Assembly: GCA_038046805.1 (NCBI GenBank)
Contig: JBBSVO010000003.1
Location: 19,878 to 83,877, forward strand
Direction of reading: 5' to 3'
Length of the DNA stretch: 64,000 bases
Origin: Candidatus Micrarchaeota archaeon
GTDB lineage: Archaea; Micrarchaeota; Micrarchaeia; Anstonellales; Bilamarchaeaceae
Shown here one piece after another: positions 22,022 to 31,161 of this stretch. Within the stretch, counting starts at the first letter, position 1; each line of letters starts with the position of its first letter. A program made the position numbers and the translations under genes. The notes under the pieces were generated by a model. That model saw nothing but the letters and a program-made list of their open reading frames with translations, searched no databases and had not been told where the DNA came from.

Positions 22022-23857
22022 TCAGATTTTATCCCTCAGTAAAAGTCTTGGGAAAATATACAGCGAGCGAATTTCATCAAGCAAAAGCTTGAACGCATAG
22101 CTCATTTCAACAGAGTGAACGTTTTCACTTCCACATACTGCACAGATATCTTTATTGCTTGCATAATCATGCGTTGCAACTGCACCGCATTCCGCGCAGA
22201 CAAACTGATTCGTCTTGTCGCTTTCCTCAAGAAGCCTTTCTTTTATTACCATGCTTGCACCATAGCCAATCAAGCAGTCACGTTCCATTTCACCGAATCT
22301 AAGACCACCTTCTCGTGCACGACCTTCTGTAGGCTGGTGGGTAAGCAACTGGACCGGACCTCTGCTTCTCATGTGCATCTTGTTTGAAACAAGATGATGA
22401 AGACGCTGATAATAAACAACGCCTACGAAAATCTTTGCCTTGAGTCGTCTTCCGGTAATTCCATCATAAAGAATTTCTTCACCGGCTTCATCAAAACCAT
22501 GTTTCTTCAAAAGTTCGCGATATTCTTCTTCGCGGTTTCCTGTGAACGCAGTTCCATCCATCAATGTTCCATCCATGCAGCTTGCCTTTGCACCGATTGT
22601 TTCGAGCAAATGCCCTGCAGTCATTCTGCTTGGAATTGCGTGCGGATTTACAATAATGTCCGGAACTATTCCGGTTTTTGTGAATGGCATGTCCTCGTGC
22701 GGAACAAGAAGGCCAATAACCCCCTTTTGTCCGTGCCTGGATGCGATTTTGTCTCCGATTTCGGGTACTTTCACGCTCCTGATGCGAACTTTTATGAGCC
22801 GGTTTCCGCTTGAACCTTCAGTAATGAGAACTGAATCCACTTTTCCATGCTCATTTGCTTTGAGAGCAAGGGAACTTTCTCTTTTCTTTTCTTCTATAGG
22901 ACCAAAAACAGATATTTCCTCAAGGAATCTTGGTGGAGAGGTTTTTCCAACAAGGACATCGCGTCCATGAACCTCGCTTTCCGGGTAAATTATTCCATCG
23001 TCTCCTAGGAATTTGTACGACTCTTCTCCGCGGTAACCTGCAACTTCCGCAGTTGGAATTTCTATTTTGTCTTTTTGGCCTCCTGGATAAACCCGCTCTT
23101 CTGTTTCATAGGTTTTGAACATTGCGACTCTTCCGAGCCCTCGGTCAATTGAACTTTTGTTCACAACAATTGCATCTGCCATGTTATATCCATGATAACT
23201 CAAAAGTGCAATCACGACATTTTGCCCGGCTGCTTTGTTTTTCATTTTCAACGCATTATACAGCCTTGTTTGCACAAGAGGCTGCTGCGGGTAGTACATT
23301 ACATATGCTCTTGTATCATAGCGCATATTATAGTTAGAAGAATAAACTCCAAGTGCTTGTTTGCTCATGGCACATGCCATCGTAATTCTCGGAGAGGAAT
23401 TGTACTCCGGATATGGAAGAACTGAAACCGTAATTCCAAAAATAGACGAGGGATCCAACTCAAGATGAGTGTGCTCCTTTGTAACTTCGGAAGAATTAAG
23501 CGCAACATATGCATTCTCCTCTTCCTGGGCATCAAGATATTCTATAACCCCCATTTTGATTAAGTGATGCCAATTAAGATCACTATTCTTGACTTTCTGA
23601 AGTATTTCCGGGGTTAATCTTGGTTTTCCTTCCTCGACTACGACATATGGCCTTCGCACTCGACCTTTGTCGGTTGTTATGTGAAGTTCGTTTACCCTTG
23701 AATTATAATAGACATTTACCTGGTAATTAAGCTCGTTTGTCCTTCTTTTTTCTCTGAGCCTTTGCGCAAGCGCATGACCATCATTATAAAATCCAACAAA
23801 TTTTCCATTCAAATAAACAAGTGTTTTTTCAGGACGGAATCTTTTTTTTGCACACAT
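22022..23857 (-). CDS. rpoB1: RNA polymerase subunit B'
   Basis: GDKIASRHGQKG and GGLRFGEMERD motifs. Confidence 0.98.
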   Translation of the reverse strand: MCAKKRFRPEKTLVYLNGKFVGFYNDGHALAQRLREKRRTNELNYQVNVYYNSRVNELHITTDKGRVRRPYVVVEEGKPRLTPEILQKVKNSDLNWHHLIKMGVIEYLDAQEEENAYVALNSSEVTKEHTHLELDPSSIFGITVSVLPYPEYNSSPRITMACAMSKQALGVYSSNYNMRYDTRAYVMYYPQQPLVQTRLYNALKMKNKAAGQNVVIALLSYHGYNMADAIVVNKSSIDRGLGRVAMFKTYETEERVYPGGQKDKIEIPTAEVAGYRGEESYKFLGDDGIIYPESEVHGRDVLVGKTSPPRFLEEISVFGPIEEKKRESSLALKANEHGKVDSVLITEGSSGNRLIKVRIRSVKVPEIGDKIASRHGQKGVIGLLVPHEDMPFTKTGIVPDIIVNPHAIPSRMTAGHLLETIGAKASCMDGTLMDGTAFTGNREEEYRELLKKHGFDEAGEEILYDGITGRRLKAKIFVGVVYYQRLHHLVSNKMHMRSRGPVQLLTHQPTEGRAREGGLRFGEMERDCLIGYGASMVIKERLLEESDKTNQFVCAECGAVATHDYASNKDICAVCGSENVHSVEMSYAFKLLLDEIRSLYIFPRLLLRDKI

Positions 23858-23900
23858 TAATAATCACCATGTAAATATTTTGTTTTTACTCGTTTTGCGT

Positions 23901-25358
23901 TTATTCTTTGACATCAAAAGCCTTGAGAAGCTTTAGCACATCTTCCTCATCTATTCCAGTAGAAACCTCTGCCATAACTGAAAGATTTTTCACAAGAGAA
24001 CAGCTTGGACCTTCCGGAGTCTCATTCGGACAGAGTTTTCCTATGTGAGTACCATGAAGATCTCTTGCTTTGAAATGAGGATGCTTCTTGCTCAATGGCG
24101 AGATAACGCGTCTCAAATGAGAAAGCGTTGAAAGATAGCTGGTCCTGTCCAGCAACTGGGATACACCAGTCTGGCCTGCAATCCAGTTTCCTGTTGCCAT
24201 GGCATATCTTATTCTGTCTGCCATTGCATCCTGTCTTACAAGTGTATGAACCTGCAACCTTCTTCCACGTGCATCTGCACGGGATGCCTGGTAAACAAGG
24301 TCTTTGATAAGGAATTGAAATGCATATCTGAAAAGCTCTTCCATAAGATCTCCGGCAAGCTTTACCCTCTTGTTTGCATAATGGTCTTTGTCATCTGGTG
24401 AAAGTTCTTTTCTCGCGACCTGCACTGCACGTTCTGCCATCTTGCACAGGAATTTAGCCTTCAATATGCGTGCGGATTTTTCCACGCCAACATGGGGAAG
24501 GAGATAATTGTCAACAAGGTTTTCCATGCGCGTGAGACGAAACTCGGTTGGCTGTCCTGGAGACAGTTTTTTGCTCAGAAGATCAACTGCCTCATCACGG
24601 GTCTTACTCTCCTCATTTTCAACATTAAGTATTACATCGTTCTGAATGTTTCTGTTTTGAGAGAAAAGTTTTGCAATTTCAGAATTGGTTTCAACACCAA
24701 GAACTCGCAAAAGCTGGAACAATGAAATACCAGCAGGTGTTGACGGAAATTCCGCTGTGAAGAGACCATCTGCATTTCTTTCCACAACACACCTGGCACG
24801 GAAACCATGGCGAGTTGAAAAGATTTTTGATACTACACCACCGGTTTCTTTTGTTACAAGGAGTTTGTTAGGTACAAGATCTTCTATTGAAACGAGCGAC
24901 CGTTCGCTCCCGTTTATTATAAAATATCCGCCAGGATCATCTGAATCCTCTGCATTTTCTATAAGCTCACTCTCGCTCATGTTTGCAAGATAACATATTT
25001 TTGAACGAGACATGACTGGCAATTCACCCACGAAAACATCAGAGTAAACTGGTCTTTCGACACCGTTGAATACCGGAGTTATTTCGAGGAAAAGAGGAGA
25101 CGCATAAGTAATATTACGAAGTCTGCATTCCATTGGATATACTGGACGATAACCACCTTTTACTTCATAATATCTCGGCTGTTCGATTCTTATTTTTCCG
25201 AGTTTTAATTCGAAACCCTCAACATTCGTGTGAATTATTCCTACCCTGTCAACAACATCCTGCACTCCACGCTCCAAAAACTTGTTGTAAGAATCAAGCT
25301 GTTGTTTCACCAGACTATTGGCACGACAATATGCCTCGAGTAAACCACTGTCTTTCAT
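23901..25358 (-). CDS. rpoB2: RNA polymerase subunit B''
   Basis: GGYFIINGSER and CPNETPEG motifs. Confidence 0.98.
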   Translation of the reverse strand: MKDSGLLEAYCRANSLVKQQLDSYNKFLERGVQDVVDRVGIIHTNVEGFELKLGKIRIEQPRYYEVKGGYRPVYPMECRLRNITYASPLFLEITPVFNGVERPVYSDVFVGELPVMSRSKICYLANMSESELIENAEDSDDPGGYFIINGSERSLVSIEDLVPNKLLVTKETGGVVSKIFSTRHGFRARCVVERNADGLFTAEFPSTPAGISLFQLLRVLGVETNSEIAKLFSQNRNIQNDVILNVENEESKTRDEAVDLLSKKLSPGQPTEFRLTRMENLVDNYLLPHVGVEKSARILKAKFLCKMAERAVQVARKELSPDDKDHYANKRVKLAGDLMEELFRYAFQFLIKDLVYQASRADARGRRLQVHTLVRQDAMADRIRYAMATGNWIAGQTGVSQLLDRTSYLSTLSHLRRVISPLSKKHPHFKARDLHGTHIGKLCPNETPEGPSCSLVKNLSVMAEVSTGIDEEDVLKLLKAFDVKE

Positions 25359-25438
25359 CTAAAAACCTCCCACGAAATACAAGATAAATATGATAGAGCA
25401 AAACCTCTAACATGAAAATAGCCAAGATTGGCTAACAC

Positions 25439-25717
25439 TTACACTACCACGCGATAGTAAACATACTTTCCCGTCTCATCTTCACGAGTAAGCTTAAGAA
25501 CATCACCGAGTGACGCACTTGTAGAGACCACAAGCGGATCGCTGGATTTTATTCTTGGTAACTGCGATGAAGAAGTTAAAGAATATTTTTTCAGGACTGG
25601 GTCTATCTTATCTTTGGATATGACCTCTGTTTTGGGTATAAGAAAATAGTCCAACACATTAATTACACTCTGCTGCTTCTTTTTCGTCAAAAGACCACCT
25701 AGTATAAACACTAACAA
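25439..25717 (-). CDS. rpoH: RNA polymerase subunit H/Rpo5 (true start probably a downstream TTG)
   Basis: LPRIKSSDP, GDVLKLTRE and YYRVV motifs. Confidence 0.93.
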   Translation of the reverse strand: MLVFILGGLLTKKKQQSVINVLDYFLIPKTEVISKDKIDPVLKKYSLTSSSQLPRIKSSDPLVVSTSASLGDVLKLTREDETGKYVYYRVVV

Positions 25718-25759
25718 CTCGGCTGTGGGATAAACGATGTTTAAAAAGGTTTAAAAAGG

Positions 25760-26617
25760 TTAGCTTATGAGATGCGCTTCCAGCCAACAATTAAGAAGAC
25801 GGATATTTCTTCTGTACGCAGACAATAGTTCCATATTGTGTTGGCCTGCAGATTCTAATTCATATCCTTTCTTAAGAGCATTCGTCAGTGTCTTCACTTT
25901 TTCCGGGCCAAGAATCGCGAGATACCTTTCGATATTCGTATTAGCTTCCACAGTGGCTAAGGCATTTAGAGCGCTAAGAGTATAATGCATATCAGAAACG
26001 TCGATCTGCATATAAGCCAACTCTGCGCTTACCACGTTCCAATCCCCATTCTTGAATTTCTTCTTTAATGCATCAATTTCATCGTGCACACGAGAAGTAT
26101 CGATAGAAACCTGGAAAGCTCTTGTTTCTCGATATACCTCGCATCTCGACTCCAAAAAATCAAGATCCCGATTAAGAACTTCAAGCCTTTCTTCAATATC
26201 CCCTGGGACTTCCTTTGTAGGCCTCATTGTTGGAAATGTAAGAAGTTTTACGAGGTTATCAACCGTATGAGCGTCCAGCGATTTCTCTATGTTTTTATTC
26301 TTCAGATTTTCCCTGTCAACCGGATAATCTCCACCTACAAGTTTACGTATATTTTGTATTGCGCTTCGGGTTTCTCCTCCATAGGTTCCATCAACCTTGA
26401 TTTCAGAACCGGAAATTTTTCCCATTTCCACTAGTTTATTATAGAGTAATTGAAGAACTACTACCTGCTCGCCACTCATGAGTCGACCCTTAGCTGCCCC
26501 GCCAGGGCCGATGTATCCAGTCATATTATCCCGTAATTCCATGGAAAGTTCTGCCGCAGATTTCCCACCGTGGATATTAACCCATTCATCTACCTGAGAT
26601 TTTCTAATCAAAGCCAT
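25760..26617 (-). CDS. Protein with a peptidoglycan-binding (PG_binding_1-like) domain and a helical C-terminus
   Basis: GEQVVVLQLL...VDGTYGGETRSAI matches G..V..LQ..L...DG.fG..T..A. Confidence 0.6.
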   Translation of the reverse strand: MALIRKSQVDEWVNIHGGKSAAELSMELRDNMTGYIGPGGAAKGRLMSGEQVVVLQLLYNKLVEMGKISGSEIKVDGTYGGETRSAIQNIRKLVGGDYPVDRENLKNKNIEKSLDAHTVDNLVKLLTFPTMRPTKEVPGDIEERLEVLNRDLDFLESRCEVYRETRAFQVSIDTSRVHDEIDALKKKFKNGDWNVVSAELAYMQIDVSDMHYTLSALNALATVEANTNIERYLAILGPEKVKTLTNALKKGYELESAGQHNMELLSAYRRNIRLLNCWLEAHLIS

Positions 26618-26685
26618 ATTATCAACCCTTACCTGGAAAGGTATTACTTCATAACTATTATAAGTATACCCACGAAAATAGAATT

Positions 26686-27480
26686 ATGGCAGAGCCTCAA
26701 ACTACAGCAGCTAGAATCGAGATTTTAGACCTGGACAAGCAGGTTCCATGGTTGAAAGAACAGATTCCGGATGCAAAAACGCGACAACTGTTCGGAGAAT
26801 GGCTTGCAGATTTTGCAGACAGGCACGGGTGGAAAGGTGCAGATGGGAAATTGACTAAGATGACGTCTGAGCAATTATACGGCGTACTCGATAATAACCG
26901 CGGATTCTATGAAAAAGTAATGCGAGAGATGGAAAAGAACTCGACGACAGAATTCCAGGCAGGTTCACGTTTCTGGCCTAAAAAAGAGAACTTACAGAAT
27001 GTAAAGGAAACTGTCCTCGCGGCGATAGCTGTTGGTTCCACCTATGGAATTGAACCGCTCTTTATTATTACAATAGCCGGATATGAATCACAGTTTGCAA
27101 ATGTGAAAGGTATTGGCGGAACCGGAATGTGCCAGGTCAACCCAAAGAATTCGTCTCTTACTGCACTGGGGAAAGCATATGGAAGAAAAACATGGTTGGT
27201 CAAGGTGAATGAAACACTGGATAAAATGGGTATGCCACAGATAATAACACAACCAAAAGATGTGGATTTGTTTGATATTTATCAAAATGTGGAGGAAGCG
27301 TCGAGAACCATGCTGCTAAAAGCTACTCAGGGTGGTAGCGAGGTATATACTGCAATTGTGATTGGAGATTACAAACGCCTTGCTGCGTGGTATAATGGAA
27401 ATCCAAATATACGGAATGAATATGCGGAAAACGTAATGAAGTATTACGACATGCTCGCAAAACAGATGGATGGTGGGTAA
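26686..27480 (+). CDS. Lytic transglycosylase (SLT, lysozyme-like) domain protein
   Basis: IAGYESQF (catalytic Glu), GTGMCQV, D..QNV and AAWYNG motifs in SLT order. Confidence 0.7.
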   Translation: MAEPQTTAARIEILDLDKQVPWLKEQIPDAKTRQLFGEWLADFADRHGWKGADGKLTKMTSEQLYGVLDNNRGFYEKVMREMEKNSTTEFQAGSRFWPKKENLQNVKETVLAAIAVGSTYGIEPLFIITIAGYESQFANVKGIGGTGMCQVNPKNSSLTALGKAYGRKTWLVKVNETLDKMGMPQIITQPKDVDLFDIYQNVEEASRTMLLKATQGGSEVYTAIVIGDYKRLAAWYNGNPNIRNEYAENVMKYYDMLAKQMDGG

Positions 27481-27481
27481 A

Positions 27482-28069
27482 ATGACAGTTATTATAATAG
27501 ACAACGGCTCGCAATACACTCATTTGATAAAGAGAAATTGCCGCGACCTTGATTTTTACGCTGAGGTGTTGAATAATAAAACTACTACGTTCGCCGATGT
27601 TGAAAACGTGCGGAAAAAAGACAAAATAACGCACGTGATATTGAGCGGGGGGCCGAGTTCTGTTTATGCTGGAAACAACGGGATTTGTGAGGAGATCGTA
27701 CGGATGGTTTTCGACGACAGACTGAACGCGCCACTTCTTGGAATTTGCTTTGGGCATCAACTCATTGCGCACGCACTTGGCGGAAAGGTTGAGAAAGGGA
27801 AGAGTGCGGAATACGGAATTGCGAAGATAACGATTGACGATGCGGACGGAATATTTGCGGGAGTGCCGCGCGAGATAAATGCCTGGGTTTCACATTTTGA
27901 CGAGGTAAAGAAAATACCCGAAGGCTTCGTGTCATTGGCACATTCCCAAACCTGCGCGCACGAGGCAATGCGGCACAAAACGAAAAAGATATTCGGAGTG
28001 CAGTTCCATCCAGAGGTTTGGCATACGGAACATGGCGAGGAAATTTTGAGGAATTTTCTGGGGGTGTAG
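27482..28069 (+). CDS. guaAA: GMP synthase glutamine amidotransferase subunit A
   Basis: IIDNGSQY, SGGP, LGICFGHQ and QFHPEV motifs. Confidence 0.9.
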   Translation: MTVIIIDNGSQYTHLIKRNCRDLDFYAEVLNNKTTTFADVENVRKKDKITHVILSGGPSSVYAGNNGICEEIVRMVFDDRLNAPLLGICFGHQLIAHALGGKVEKGKSAEYGIAKITIDDADGIFAGVPREINAWVSHFDEVKKIPEGFVSLAHSQTCAHEAMRHKTKKIFGVQFHPEVWHTEHGEEILRNFLGV

Positions 28070-28072
28070 AAG

Positions 28073-29635
28073 ATGCCGGCTGGGATAAATGAGGCGTTTG
28101 AAACTACATTCAAGCTGATTTTTGGGGAGTGCAATGTAAAATTAGAGGAGCTGGAGGATTACCTGTCAAAATGGCATTACCCCTTGATTAAGAAAAAATC
28201 CGCTATCTCTGGAAAGGATGTTTTGATTTCGTCATTGATGTGCAAAAAAAATGCTAGATTCATTTCTTCTGATGAAATAGAATTTGACAAAAAATTTACT
28301 TTAGATATAAATTCCATAAAAGACATCGATTCAATAGTTGAAGCAATTCAAGACCGCGTGTATTATGCTGGAAATAAAACTTTTGGGAATGCAAGTTTTA
28401 TTTATGAAAGCGACAATTGCACGGATTGCAATTATGTTTATAAGTCACACAATATATTTTCCGCAAAGTATATTGGCAACTCGATATACCTACGGCATGG
28501 CAATGAGTATGCATTTGGAGCGTCGTTTTCCCTGCGCTGTAGATACGTAATTAAAGTTTCCTACGCTGATAACCTAACCAGGTGTTTTGAGACGTATATG
28601 TCCGCGAACTGCTCTGATTTATTTTTTTGCTACAACTGCAATGATTGCCAGCACTCGATGTTTTCATTTAATCAGAGGTCAAAGAGATATTGCATCGGGA
28701 ATCTCGAATTGCCCAAGGATAGATATTTCGAATTAAGAAAAAAACTTATAGAAGAAAGTCGAAACTACATAGAAAAAAACAAGAAATTCTACTCTATGTT
28801 CAGCATGCCACCATTAGAAGAAGAGGCAGGGATGTTGATGGAAAAACCACGATCACTGCAAACAACCTATAAGGGGGATTTGACCCCTATAAACAATGCA
28901 TTTGAATCAGCATCAAAAGTCATCTTCGGACAGGAAATTGGTTTGCCAGATGAATATGAAGAATTTCTTTGTGAGAGGATAAAAAAAGTAAAAACCATCA
29001 AATCGGTTTTTGGGAAAGAAGTGCACTATAATCCAATATCTTTTTTTGAAGAGATTCCAAAGGATAGAATCGTGGGCAGATATGAAGTAGAAGAAGTATC
29101 AAAATTAAATATTCGGGTGGATAATGAAGACAGTTTAGAACGCATAATGAAAAAAATAAGCAAAATAGCATTATATCAGGTAGATATGTGGGAAGGCAAT
29201 AACCAAAATATCATAAAAAGCAGCGTCATAGATCATTGTGTGAATGTATATTACGTAGGGGATTGTGCTTTTGGAAAAAACTGCGCGTATTGCACTCTTG
29301 CAGTAGAAACAGATTCCGTATTCGGATCATTCAGGGCGTCATATTCAAAATTCTGCATACGTTGCGAAAATTCGGTTAACCTTACAGCCTGTTTTGAGAT
29401 GGATTCGTGCACTAACTGCGCTAACTCAATGTTCTGCCATAACTGCGAGAACTTGGATAACTGTATGTTTTGTTTCAATACAAAAAGCAAAAGGTATGCG
29501 ATAGGTAATGTTGAAATTGGCAGGGAGAAATATATGGAAATAAGGGAAAGGATATTAGCGGAAATTGTAAGAAAACTGACAAAGGATAAAAAACTAGATA
29601 TAGATATCTACAAGTTGGGAGAACGGAGAGGCTGA
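28073..29635 (+). CDS. Cys-rich repeat protein, fused N+C modules (paralog 1)
   Basis: KDIDSI..YY.GN motif; two CxxC-rich hexad tracts, each ending FN..SKRY.IGN. Confidence 0.8.
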   Translation: MPAGINEAFETTFKLIFGECNVKLEELEDYLSKWHYPLIKKKSAISGKDVLISSLMCKKNARFISSDEIEFDKKFTLDINSIKDIDSIVEAIQDRVYYAGNKTFGNASFIYESDNCTDCNYVYKSHNIFSAKYIGNSIYLRHGNEYAFGASFSLRCRYVIKVSYADNLTRCFETYMSANCSDLFFCYNCNDCQHSMFSFNQRSKRYCIGNLELPKDRYFELRKKLIEESRNYIEKNKKFYSMFSMPPLEEEAGMLMEKPRSLQTTYKGDLTPINNAFESASKVIFGQEIGLPDEYEEFLCERIKKVKTIKSVFGKEVHYNPISFFEEIPKDRIVGRYEVEEVSKLNIRVDNEDSLERIMKKISKIALYQVDMWEGNNQNIIKSSVIDHCVNVYYVGDCAFGKNCAYCTLAVETDSVFGSFRASYSKFCIRCENSVNLTACFEMDSCTNCANSMFCHNCENLDNCMFCFNTKSKRYAIGNVEIGREKYMEIRERILAEIVRKLTKDKKLDIDIYKLGERRG

Positions 29636-29639
29636 GCAC

Positions 29640-30389
29640 ATGAACATCAACGACTCTTGGAAATCAACCTGCAAAATCATCTTTGGACAGGAAATAGGCG
29701 ACCTCAAAGATTACGAACAATTCCTCAAAAGATATACTGAACCAATAAGCAAAACCAAATCGATTCTTAGCGGAAAGGAGGTTTACTACGGAGCTCCGTA
29801 TTGTTCTAAGGCAAAATTCATTTCCATGGATGAGATTGACCAGATGAAAGTTGAGCCGATTGGGATTGATGATACAAAAGACATTGACTCACTCATGAAC
29901 GCGGCCGCGGAAAGGTTTTATTATGCCGGCAATAAGTTCGGTGGCAAGATTCAGGATGTTGTTGGCTCTGGAGACTGCTCGGATTCTTTTTTTGTCGTCG
30001 GATCACGGGAGATATACTTATCGGAATACATTGCATACGGTCAAATGCTCACTACTACCAAGTACATGTTTGGGTGCTGCTGGGGCAGTGAGGATAATTT
30101 CTGCATCAATTCAACTGAATTAGAACTTGTAAACAGGGTGTTTGAATCCACGCTTTGTGTACAAACTGCTGACGCATATTATTCATACAATTGCATAGGG
30201 TGCCAGGAGGTTATGTTCTGCTTTAACCAGAGGTCAGCAAGATACGCGATTGGGAACAGACAGATGGAGAAAACAAACTATCTTGCGCTCAAGGCCAAGC
30301 TTCTCAAGGAAATCGTGGAACTACTGAAACGGGACAAAACCGTTCCTTCCCTGATTGATGTTGCAACAGGAAAGGCGGAACGAGGATGA
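29640..30389 (+). CDS. Cys-rich repeat protein, N-module only (paralog 2a)
   Basis: SWKSTCKIIFGQEIG, KDIDSL and FYYAGN motifs. Confidence 0.8.
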   Translation: MNINDSWKSTCKIIFGQEIGDLKDYEQFLKRYTEPISKTKSILSGKEVYYGAPYCSKAKFISMDEIDQMKVEPIGIDDTKDIDSLMNAAAERFYYAGNKFGGKIQDVVGSGDCSDSFFVVGSREIYLSEYIAYGQMLTTTKYMFGCCWGSEDNFCINSTELELVNRVFESTLCVQTADAYYSYNCIGCQEVMFCFNQRSARYAIGNRQMEKTNYLALKAKLLKEIVELLKRDKTVPSLIDVATGKAERG

Positions 30390-30396
30390 TTGATTA

Positions 30397-31161
30397 ATGG
30401 CAGGCAAGGAAATAGAAAAGGCGTTTGAAGACACTACAAAAATCATATTTGGAAAGGCACTTACCGGATTGGATAAATACGAAGAATGGCTTACGACGAG
30501 AGTTACAAAAGGAAAATTACGTGGCTCATCTACCAGTAAGAAAAAGGTTTATGTCCCGACTTACGGAATGTTCCGATTCATTCCCGATGACAGGGTTGCA
30601 GATTTGGGTTCATTTATGCAACTGAGCGGATTGAAAATAGAGATTGGAGAAAACGAAACGCTTGCATCTATCTCAAAGAAAATGCCTGCGATTGGAACGT
30701 TCATAACCGAATTTGAGGATGGGACGAACCTGAATGTGGAAAGTTCGTCTATCTACAAGAATCTGGTCAACGCATATAAGATAGTGGATTGCTTTTATTC
30801 CAAAAATCTCGCATACACTTTCTTTTCTGACAAGTGTGACCACATATTCGGAGTTTCAAAAAGCATCAGGTGCAATTTTTGCGTAAATGTACACGACTCG
30901 CGGGACGTTGTGAGGTCGTTTGAAGTAGATTTCTCAAAGAACTGCGCGGATGTAATGTTCTGCCATAATGTGGATAATGTTCACAGCTCGCTATTCTGCT
31001 TCAATGCAAAGAATTTGAGGTATGCGATAGCGAATACGGTTGTTGGAAAAGAAACATATGAAAAGGCAAGGAAAATGCTGTGCGATTACATGCTCGGGCA
31101 ATTGGAGAAGACGCATAAGCTGGATTTGGATATCTATAATATAGGGTGTTGGAAGAAATGA
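30397..31161 (+). CDS. Cys-rich repeat protein, C-module only (paralog 2b)
   Basis: AFEDTTKIIFG..YEEWL, CHNVDNV and LRYAIAN..LDIY motifs. Confidence 0.8.
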   Translation: MAGKEIEKAFEDTTKIIFGKALTGLDKYEEWLTTRVTKGKLRGSSTSKKKVYVPTYGMFRFIPDDRVADLGSFMQLSGLKIEIGENETLASISKKMPAIGTFITEFEDGTNLNVESSSIYKNLVNAYKIVDCFYSKNLAYTFFSDKCDHIFGVSKSIRCNFCVNVHDSRDVVRSFEVDFSKNCADVMFCHNVDNVHSSLFCFNAKNLRYAIANTVVGKETYEKARKMLCDYMLGQLEKTHKLDLDIYNIGCWKK

